Shown one piece after another: positions 54,901-64,000 of a stretch of DNA of 64,000 nucleotides (the first letter of the stretch is position 1; every line of letters starts with the position of its first letter). The DNA comes from Tubulanus polymorphus (Eukaryota; Animalia; Nemertea). The notes under the pieces were generated by a model, which made no database searches, was not told the origin of the DNA, and saw only the letters and a program-made list of their open reading frames with translations. The position numbers were made by a program, and so were the translations under genes. The DNA is taken from positions 3,123,950-3,187,949 of the forward strand of contig NC_134026.1 of NCBI RefSeq assembly GCF_964204645.1, written 5' to 3'.

Positions 54901-56143
54901 ATTAAAAGATTTTGTCTAGTTTGTAGACTACCCCTAAATCGATTTAACTGGGACCTGGATATTCTTTATACCCAATAAAGCAGTTACCAAATTAAAAATC
55001 AAGTTTAGTTAGTTTAAAGGATAGGAATTTCCTTACAAAAACGGTTTACCGAGATAAACAGTACTGATTTAGGAGTCTACAGTAATTGAGATATAAAAGC
55101 GATGCAGACGCTTCCCTGAAATTTGAAATTTTCTACTTTGAAGCTTCGTGTATCCAGGAATGACTGATCTGTAGGGACCCTGTATCTGTTTGTTGTCACT
55201 CTTTCCCAGGATTTGTTAGTAAGTTGTAAAGCTGCCTATTTCAGAGCCCCCAGTCCTCCGGCGAAGAGATCTAAAATAGAGGAAAGTGATGATGACGTTG
55301 ACGATGATGATGATGACGATGAACAAATACCGAACGTTCTTCAAGGAGAAATTGCTCGATTGGAACAACGATTTCGGGTGAATCTCGACCCAGCATTTCA
55401 CACTGAATCAAAATGTGTTCATCTCATATGTAGATTAGGTTCGTTAAACTGAAATATTTCGAACGGATTGTGGGAATATTGACTTTTCAGATAAAACCAT
55501 TTTACGTTCTATGTTTGTCTCTACAGAGGATAAGAAACTGCCAAGTGTTCCACCGATCAACATAACTGTGCCAAGCGACTACCCATCCAGTAGCCCTCAA
55601 TGTGACACTGGGGAAGAGAACTACGGTATGTCTTATACAAAAAAAAGAAAACCATAACTGCAAATAATGATATAGATAGTAATGATAATATTCATTTCCA
55701 CTAAAGATTGCAACAAAGTATAAAAGACTTATAAAAAGTAACAATATCTGTTAGGTGTTCATTTGAAGCAAAATTGCTTAAACAAGTTTGAGACACCTTA
55801 GTGTGTTATGATATTTTGCCCTATATTTTGATATTTCTTCACGAATCAGTGACTGGTGCTAATTTATGATCAGTACATTGACTTTCAGAATAGATGTGTA
55901 TCATTGAGTAGTACTTGCCTCGTATTCATAGCTTCATGAAGTGTGGTGTGGGTGAAAGGGGCCTTGTATGTTAAGCATTTTTTTGCTTCTCCAAGACCTC
56001 TTTATTACAACATGAATATTACGATGGATGTAGTGTTTAACCCTAGTCTATACATCCATGATCATACTTATATATAATAGTATCCTTATATTCTTTTATA
56101 TACTTTGTAAAATCGCATTGTAATTTGAGGGAAAATAAAATTA

Positions 56144-56196
<53 letters not shown>

Positions 56197-56397
56197 TTGA
56201 ATCACCTGTTTGTACATGCCTCAATTCTCTTTTTCAAAAAAAAAAAGTGTTTCTCAATGTTTCTATCAACAGTCATTGCTCATAATATTGTTTTTCTAGC
56301 GTGTACACCATTTCTAACTAACGTTTACAAGACATTGACGCATCGTTTAAACCGGATGCCGGCTAAATATTCCGTCACTGCTCTTCTCGACACTTGG
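42336..56397 (+). CDS. MED15: Mediator subunit 15; final short exon not found in the window
   Basis: KIX domain exons 42336/42348-42412, 43418-43505, 43623-43674 (W..PSFRQKV..IEDAVR..EMEKHVFTKAKTREEYLALVARLIFH), DPINALQNL (from 47015), Q/P/M-rich exons, YLEKLKQLSKYIEPLRKMI, CQPLLDAI..LNHTLQRTFGP, IPNVLQGEIARL..FRVNLDP, LPSVPPI..VPSDYP, YSVTALLDTW then GTAAGT. Confidence 0.93.
42613..42728 (+). repeat. Two-copy 58-bp tandem duplication in MED15 intron 1
   Basis: taggctaaaaactactaacgtaactgtcagtgtcatgccatagtttgaggagt(t/a)ggcc occurs twice. Confidence 0.9.
42908..43061. repeat. Decayed fold-back element
   Basis: Inner arms atctattaatccagtgtct / agacactggattaacagat; outer arms tggctcatatca / tgatacaagcca. 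Confidence 0.6.
45891..45950. repeat. (AT)~30 microsatellite
   Basis: Read directly from the sequence. Confidence 0.95.
47693..48162. mobile_element. CAGGG-terminal MITE, copy 1 in MED15
   Basis: cagggtccctac / gtaggaaccctg termini. Shares aaacagtactgatttaggag, gatgcagacgcttcc and tatccaggaatgactgatctgtagg with 54765-55182. Confidence 0.75.
54340..54480. mobile_element. Decayed palindromic element with a hammerhead-like core on the + strand
   Basis: CTGATGA(54424)-T-GAGG..CCTC-GAAAC(54455). A degenerate inverted copy lies upstream (taaatgaatttgtt..gaggtgttaactaaacct). Confidence 0.5.
54765..55182. mobile_element. CAGGG-terminal MITE, copy 2 in MED15 (left TIR decayed)
   Basis: Collinear homology with 47693-48162; ends gtagggaccctg. 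Confidence 0.7.
56146..56196. repeat. (ATT)17 microsatellite
   Basis: Read directly; explains the poly-Ile run in ORF 56125..56409. Confidence 0.95.
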
Positions 56398-58068
56398 GTA
56401 AGTTTATGACCCGTAATGAGTTTCAACAGCATGCGCTGAATCGAATATTACTGATCACACTGACTGGTTCTATCTGTCGATCAATGGCTCCATCTGGTTT
56501 GCGCATAGACTGGTATTGATTAATCTCTTGAGATTATGTTGAACGAAGTATATGCATTAAACTGCTTCAATCATATCATCAATCTATAACTGAAAATCAA
56601 TAACATCTTTACTTCACAAGCTCAATTCATCTAATGCAAGCTGGTGTACGTTGCGGTTTTGATTGTATATATCTTTCAAATGATGTTTAGATATTAAGAC
56701 TAAAAAAGAAATTGATACCTTGTTTCTTCTTTCTGCTGCACTTAATAGTTCACTCAGCTTATATATGAACTGATTAGATATTTCATTGTGATTTACAAAA
56801 TGACCCGGCTGATTAGGAGAAACGAGGTATCATTTTTTTAGCCTCTTGGATTTTCTTCGATATGTGGAATCGTCTATTACTGATAGGAGTGTTTGCATGG
56901 TGTAGATTCTTTTCGAATTACAAAATTGTATGAGTTGTTAGTTATTATTTACTAGTTTCGCGCAATATGCCAGACTCCAGTTTTAACTTAAGCTTTGGCA
57001 AAATAACATTCCACCCTTGTACATTACTTTTCTTGCTCCGAGCGGTATACGCTATTTCTCTAAAGCGTTTTAGAAATTTCGATGGTTGGTTGTTGATATT
57101 TTTCGTCTCGTCCGCAATCGGGGTACAACTAAATAAGCGAAGGTCGATTGGGGTAAAAAGCCAGCGGCGATATGACTCGGAAACTATGCCTGGTTGTTCA
57201 GTGCTTAATGGCGATAACAATCAATAAGAAGCATAGAAATTATTTCTATCAGTATGCCCTGGATTTCTTCCAGTAAAAAGAATTCGCTGCTACGTCTGCT
57301 TAATCTCCCGAGAGTGTATTATGGCATTTCCGAAAGATTGCGCTTTATATCACATTAGTATTTGCGTTATGATGATCAAAGACAGCAGGTACCAGTAGAC
57401 TAAGCTTGTATAGTCGGGACATATGCTGTACGTTTATCTGTGGTAAATATAGAAATACTTAACAGTCTTTATAAATATACCCTGCGTAAGAGAGTTTAGT
57501 ACTCGATCTATTCCTAGGTGGCATGTATTTGGCAGTTTTCGAGCTATCTAAGAAGATTACACATATATTAGTCGTTTTTTAAGTGATAAAAGGGCCTTTC
57601 ATTACAACATCAGTCTCAATACAACTACCATTTACTTCGAATGAATTGATATCTGATAATCTTTTTATTTCTTTCCAAGTAATCTATCGGTTCGAACAGG
57701 TAGCTCTGCGTCGGTGAGAAAATAATGCATTATTCTGTTGAATGCGGTTGCAGATATTTTCATAGATTCCTATGTTGTTTAAATGATTTATATATTTATC
57801 AGCGCTTGTTTTCTGTGAGAAAACTGAAGTGTTTTTCTCTTCGAGATCAACCATTTTGTGAAGTGTTTAGATTTAGTTCCTTTCTGAAGTTCAAACAAAG
57901 CCCATCTAGACCTTGTATTCATATTTTTTCACATAAAACATTCTGAAAATATAGCACTATTTAGCTTTTATCTAGTTCAGAGGCACTATGAAAATATATT
58001 TGCCTGTAGATTTAAGTAGTTCCCATTTTCAGCTGAAATTTAAATGATTCCTCTGGAGGTCAGAAGTC

Positions 58069-58183
58069 AGTTGCTCAAAAGTTGGTTAAAGATAAGCAGC
58101 GGATAAATAGTGACAATAGTGACAATTAAGTTTTCATTGCCAATATGTCATCTTTCCACTGATTAACCAACTTTCGAGCAACT
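58069..58183. mobile_element. Small MITE
   Basis: TIRs agttgctcaaaagttggttaa / ttaaccaactttcgagcaact. Confidence 0.65.
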
Positions 58184-61100
58184 AACCTTTGGCCATTTGT
58201 AATACCCGGTAAGTCTTTTCGGCAATTTTCTTAGTTCATATAGAACCCAGTTTTACAGTTCATAGTTACTGGTGAAGTTGACCAGAAAGTAGATAGAATT
58301 TGATTTGAGACTTGAAAACGTCGAAAATGAACTTATTCCAACTGCAGAAATTCAAGATCTATTCATAAACTGTGGAAGGTGTAAAACTCCATACGGTCCA
58401 TAGGTTTTCCAATCATGTCCGCATAGGTTGACATATACAAGAATTTGCATCATATCCATTTATCTATATTTATTGAATTGTTTAACTCTGACTTGAAGCC
58501 GGAATAGACCAGTCGACCCGTTGAAGACTAAATATGGTGTGTAAGTAGGAACACAAACAGGTAGCAGTACTGATGATGTTTGGATTATCTGTTGAACAGT
58601 ATCACTGACCAGTAGTCTATATTAACTAGCTGATCTCTCTACCGGCTTCTAATGACTACTGCTAATTAAATCTTGTGTTATATTTAGTAGTAGTCTATGT
58701 TCCGTAGCGCTTTAACACAAAACTATAAAGTTCGACGGCAGATATCCTGCTCGGTTGGTAAAACTTTATCATAGATGAATTACCAGAATTCTCTCCGTAT
58801 ATCCTTAAAGGTCAAGGAGATTTGCCATTTTCTATGTACATCGAATAGAAAAGGAATATGTTCGGTGTTTTGCTCGAGCGGCCAGAAAAAATTCACTTGT
58901 GTCTGGGATGCGCTATCTATATAGCATATTCCGTCAGTCAGTAGGGATAGAAACCTTTCAAATTTCTCATTCTGAGCTCAGTATGTAAACCTTATAACAG
59001 GATTAAAAGCCCCTCGTCCATGTTTGCTACACTGGTAGGAAGCTCGTAATTGAGTGCTGAAAAATAGCAAGGATTCTGGAAAACAATATGATTAAGAATG
59101 GGTATATATTTCCTACTGGACAAAGTCTGACTTCGATAAATGTTATGCTGATACAGTTACTTTCTAGTATGATAGGACTCAGCGCACGGTATTATGACTA
59201 CTACACCTGAGTACGGTAATGAATATCATAAACTCTTAGGTACAAATTAGTGTCAGAGAGCGAAGAGTTTCAGAGTGTTATCATAAAATCTGTTGCTCTT
59301 CCCACGAGCTTATATTACACAGTTATAAATGTACACCTCAGCGAAGCGGGCTACAAGAAGATTCTACACACTTTCAAGATTACAATATTCATCATAATTA
59401 TGTTTATATCATATTTTTTTTTCAATATGTCATTCATTATTACCTGCACTGTTTACTAATACATTGCTAATACAGCTATCGAGGCACCATGGTATGAACC
59501 AACGTGAACGAAGGGCAAAGTGAATCGCAACGTATATTGTCTCTCAAAATAAGCATTCCCAATGCTAATAATTATGAAATTATGTAAACATGGCAGACAG
59601 CGAGATATGAATCTGTATGAATATTACATCATCATTATATGAATCTGTGTCATCGCTCAATAACAGGTGTTATATGTGTAATACCAGGGAACGCCTTTCC
59701 GGTGTCAAATAAACTTAAAAAACATTCAATTATAATTTCTTTTCACGTGGATGATAAATTTTGATATCCAATCCCTGAAAGTCAGATACACTGGAGTGTT
59801 TGGGTGATAACCAAGAGTTGCGCAATCAAATCTCGATTTTCGGCCATTGTTAGAACTGGTAAACTGAGAGTGGTGGAAAATTGAGGGTTGACTACATAAA
59901 AAGAACACTCAGATTCCCCAAAAAGCCAGAAAACTTGTACCATAAAATCATGGATACTTAGATATTCACTCATGTTAGAATATAATGCTTCTGTATCTTG
60001 TGCCTTCTTGTGCTATTACTCAAGGAATACTTGCAATTTTTTAAAAATAAACAATAATATGAACCAAGGTAACCGGCAACGCACCCTCGTTGCTCCTTGT
60101 TTCGGACTTAAAATACCTATAAAAATGTAAACATCGGTACTCAAGAGTTTCGACGTTTTCTTTCTTCTGTGGCTAGGTTTAGTTTATAAAAGTCTGGAAA
60201 AGCTATTGGTGCTGTTACCTTTGCCCTTCTGTAGCCAGCATGGGTCTGTTTTACTATTACATAAATACCGCAGTTGTATTCTAGTATTACCTGCAAACAA
60301 CTGAATTCTATAATATTTCATATTCTTCTCCCCGGTGAGTCATGTTTGCTGAATCTCTCGTGATAAGAAGAAGTTTCAGAGGAGGCCTTTATCTTATGAT
60401 ACAGTTTAACCATTCTCAAATGTCCGGTCTACGTAACTTGCAATATTGTTACAGGAAGAATCTATGTAATCATTTCAATCTGTATGACTATACATTCCTA
60501 TGATGTAATTAATATGCTGTCATTTCTTCAGATAAACATTGCAAGCATTTATTTGTAATTCTCTGAGAAATTTATGTTCTTCGTAAGGTTTACAACAGTG
60601 ATATTTGGACACTGAAGCTTTAAGTTAAATCTATATTACATGGTTATTGTAGGGTGATGTCTGGGTCACTGGTGTGCATCGGCCATTCAAACTTACCAGA
60701 CCACAGTCAAAATCCACTGGGATTAACAAGTTTATACACTTATGATCTCCATAAGACTTTAAGACCGCATATTGGAATTTCAATTTCTCTTTGAAATATA
60801 GTTGTCTGATTATGAAATTATTTTGTCAGGACTTGTCCCTCATGGTTTATTGTGTAAAGTTCATTCAGGAGTACAAAATTGCAATAATTCTCCTCTAATT
60901 ATCAGGCTGTAACCATCGAACTGTTGATTACAATTGTTCTTCAATGGATAACGAATTATTTATCATATAAACTGAGTTGGGTATTTATTGAACATGTAGT
61001 GGAATTGAAGGAGAACCATAGTATCAGCATCGGTAACACCTTTTACATGTACTATAATCAATGATAAGTACAATGATCAGGTACTGGTAAGTCTGCAGAT

Positions 61101-61670
61101 TGACCGGTTACTTATCTGATAATAACTGCGCTGCTGCTGCAGATACACGCTCTCTTCAATTTTGACCAAGCATCCTCAGGAATGCAGCGTTTTAATGAGC
61201 AAATATGTCGGCTAATCTATTCAAGTTGAGAATTCTTATGATATATTATGTTCCTCGGAAGCCCTTAGCCAGGTTGGCTGCAGTTTCCAGTCATGTCGAA
61301 GATAGCAGTCAGTAACTGAATTCAATCTTCTTGAATCGATATTCAGAGAAAAACTAGTTTTTGCATTGAAAAATATTACCCCAAGTTGGAGGAAAGTTTC
61401 TTTTCCATCAATGATTACGAGCGATTCTCAAGATAATTCATGAAGGAGATTGTAATTTGTCTGTTTGGTGCACTAAAACAAAGTTCCTACCCACAACATG
61501 TGGCTCATCAGTAGAAAAACAACAGCTGATTTTTCCAAGGTCTCCTTGCTCTTCGGTTATGTACATCTCTTCAGTCTACGCCACACAGCATTGTAGTATT
61601 TCCATCGAGTACTGTACCCTTTCCTATGGTTTTTGCCAATATTTTCTAAATTTGGATTTATCGCCAATGG

Positions 61671-64000
61671 TTTTTCTATACGACCCGGCCCTGCGGTATT
61701 GCATTTAGCCACCGGCGAAATCCGCCATCTTTTTTCTTGGCGTTCTCGCAGTAGAACGCGTTGGATTTTTTCGCCGTAAAAATCTGGGAATTAGGATATT
61801 AGGGAGTTTTTCACTCTCGTAACGGTGAGTCCGTTCGGTTTGGGGGTTATCCCTGATTTCTTTTTTTCCGTAAGAATTTTATTTACAAATATAATTTGAT
61901 TGAATTGAATTGAATTGTTTTGATTTGTAACAGGATAATTATGCCACCCCCTCCTAAGGGTCAGCATCGTGGCGGGGAGGGATGCGGGCATTTGTTTGGC
62001 GCCTGGGACAACCACGATTCATGTGCGTCGTGCAGGCGCAAATCCGGTCAAATATGTGCAAGGAGCAATCCTTGCAATATTTGCGTCGTGTGGTCCGAGG
62101 ACCTTTGGCTTCGGGCCGATAAGGCTCTTAAACTAAGAGATCGTCGTCGAGTTAGCAGGGATTCGTCGGTTTCGGCCGATGTGCCAACCGACGTTTCTAA
62201 TCCTGTTTCTTATCGTAAAGCGGAGCGGTCGCCGGTCGTTCAGGTACGATCGGCTTCCCAACTCCGTTCACCGGGGAGGAACGCTGGTTCACCGGCACCG
62301 GTCTCCGGTCATTCACCGGTCTCTGGTCGTTCACCGGTTCGGCCGGTTCGGCCGGTTCAGACTACATGTTCGGAACCGAGCGCGCGCCGCGGTAGTCGCG
62401 AACGGCCCGCACCGGTTCGGTCGGTACCGGTCCGGTCCGGGTCGGGCATCGGTCCGGTTCGGTCCGGTTCGGCCACCGGTCCGGTCCAGACGTCGTCCGG
62501 TACAAAACATCCGGTACGTTCATCGTCTGATTCTGATCGTCGCTCCGGGGATAGAGCTCGCTCTCCCACTAGATTTAGACGCCGGGAGCGTAATAAACGA
62601 GCAAGATCTCCTTCTCGCAGATCAAGGTTTGATCGCGAGAGGGACTACGATCGTTATTGTCGGAAGTTTCGCCGTCGGTCTTCTCATCGTTCGTCGACGT
62701 CGGTTAGCGATGAAAGCGATTCTTCTAGTAGGTCACGATCCCGTTCGAGGGACCGTCACCGAAGTCGGCATGATCGTCGGGATACTGGAAAATACCTGAC
62801 TCAGAAGGATTTCCATGTATTTGAGGAGAAAATTTTAAACTTGTTATCTTCGTCGCAACAAGTCGCTGCAACTTCTACAACAGGTAAGCCTATTCCTGAT
62901 TGTCCGGTTAGAAGTTCGCCAGCCCACTCAGTTTTTCGGAATTCTGACTCTGAATTCCTGGATGCTGCGGTAGGGTCTGATTTCAATGAGGATCCGGTCC
63001 CAGAGGCGGCAATTCCTTCTGGGGTCGTTCCTGTCGCAAGCAATTGTGGGTTGCCCCAGACGATGGGGGCTTCCCTGGCTCGCAATGTATCTCCGTCCCG
63101 TTCAGTTTTATCCGAACCAGCGGGGGACATGCCATTTAGAGCGATGATAAGTGAGTTCTTTGTCAAGCACGGGGCAACTCGCGCTAAGCCCACAGCAGCT
63201 CCTCTGGTCGGTGAGTCAATGGAAGCTTATCGCCCTCCGGACTCCGATCTTAACGTTTTACGGGAATCGTCAGCGGTTTCAAGAGAATGGGCTCGATTGG
63301 ATACGCAATTATGGGGTGAATGTCGGCCTGGAACTTTTTCATTTCCCCCTCCAGAACGGGGTATGAAATCTGGGAAATATTTTAGTTCAACCGATCCACC
63401 TATAGGCGCATTTCGCTCGGCGTATTACGCAACTCCAGGTGCTGTGGATCACAGTCATAACTGCCTGGATGCTGATTATACTTTGATCAGCCCGGATACT
63501 GTTACAGCACAGTCGGGTATTCGTTTGCCTAAGTCCGGTTTGGTGGCCATGACGTCAATCCTGGACAATCTTACCAGGGTTGGTTCGTTTCAAGATATGG
63601 CACTTAAGGTGTTGACGGGTGAGCTTCGCGAGACTCACGCCGCCGTTCATGCGGGCTCCGACCCAGAGTCAGTTGCCCTAAAACTGGAGGGAATGGACCG
63701 GATTATCCAATCTTTGGCTCGGTCTGTTTCGCATGTAATTCCGTTGTCGGTTCGGGGTCAGGCTAATCTGGTGTTAGCCTCCCGTCAGTCAGTGATGGAC
63801 TCCAGTGCCAAAACTCGTCTACCGGATATGGTGTCCAATGCTTTGCTGAGAGCCCCATTGGGGACGTCTTCACGTCTCTTCTCCGGTTGGTGCGCTCCGG
63901 TTTCCGCAGAGCTGAGGAAGATTCGGGAGGTTCAGGCCAAGTCCAACCCCCGAACTCCGTGGAAAAAGCGTTCTGGTCCGACGCCGGCGGCGCAAGGTTC
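61671..64000 (+). mobile_element. 5' portion of a DIRS-like (tyrosine-recombinase) retrotransposon
   Basis: Abrupt GC increase beginning at a T-run (tttttctatacgacccgg), followed by a long Gag/ORF1-like frame. RT, RNaseH and YR lie outside the window, so the class is inferred from ORF1 only. Confidence 0.7.
61941..64000 (+). CDS. DIRS-type Gag/ORF1-like protein, at least 686 codons, open to the window end
   Basis: Manual translation found no stop: MPPPPKGQHRGGEGCGHLFGAWDNHDSCASCRRKSGQICARSNPCNICVVWSEDLW (Cys/His finger), an Arg/Ser/Pro-rich linker, and a C-terminal helical region ..ANLVLASRQSVMD..LLRAPLGTSSRLF. Absent from the ORF track because it has no stop in the window. Confidence 0.8.
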   Translation, partial: MPPPPKGQHRGGEGCGHLFGAWDNHDSCASCRRKSGQICARSNPCNICVVWSEDLWLRADKALKLRDRRRVSRDSSVSADVPTDVSNPVSYRKAERSPVVQVRSASQLRSPGRNAGSPAPVSGHSPVSGRSPVRPVRPVQTTCSEPSARRGSRERPAPVRSVPVRSGSGIGPVRSGSATGPVQTSSGTKHPVRSSSDSDRRSGDRARSPTRFRRRERNKRARSPSRRSRFDRERDYDRYCRKFRRRSSHRSSTSVSDESDSSSRSRSRSRDRHRSRHDRRDTGKYLTQKDFHVFEEKILNLLSSSQQVAATSTTGKPIPDCPVRSSPAHSVFRNSDSEFLDAAVGSDFNEDPVPEAAIPSGVVPVASNCGLPQTMGASLARNVSPSRSVLSEPAGDMPFRAMISEFFVKHGATRAKPTAAPLVGESMEAYRPPDSDLNVLRESSAVSREWARLDTQLWGECRPGTFSFPPPERGMKSGKYFSSTDPPIGAFRSAYYATPGAVDHSHNCLDADYTLISPDTVTAQSGIRLPKSGLVAMTSILDNLTRVGSFQDMALKVLTGELRETHAAVHAGSDPESVALKLEGMDRIIQSLARSVSHVIPLSVRGQANLVLASRQSVMDSSAKTRLPDMVSNALLRAPLGTSSRLFSGWCAPVSAELRKIREVQAKSNPRTPWKKRSGPTPAAQG

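Noticed and set aside
60455-60469. CAG|GAAGAATCTATGTAA (EESM*) as the MED15 last exon
   Set aside because: Weak polypyrimidine tract and poor match to the expected C-terminal peptide.
62179-63366. ORF-track entries 62179..62799, 62357..62569, 62801..63193 and 63151..63366
   Set aside because: They are shadow frames of the long GC-rich ORF starting at 61941.

Overview
AT-rich eukaryotic (animal, probably lophotrochozoan invertebrate) genomic DNA with short GT-AG introns, so the ORF track mostly shows exon fragments. Gene order: 5' part of an unidentified gene (-), TMEM180/MFSD13A (+), PIGG (-), BUD23/WBSCR22 (+), a ~27 kb syntaxin-1-type gene (-), Ran (+), MED15 (+, last exon not found in the window), and the 5' end of a DIRS-like retrotransposon whose Gag-like ORF runs off the window. 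Many small palindromic MITE-like elements are present. The most interesting signals: (1) a syntaxin isoform system with two 109-nt mutually exclusive Hc-helix exons, an apparent docking-site/selector RNA pairing, and at least three alternative transmembrane last exons; (2) the BUD23-><-STX Ran-> block, which joins two human gene pairs (BUD23-STX1A and STX2-RAN); (3) palindromic elements with hammerhead-ribozyme cores; (4) an array of phase-0 cassette exons and a possible RFX-driven internal promoter in MED15. Everything was read by eye; no searches or folding programs were run.
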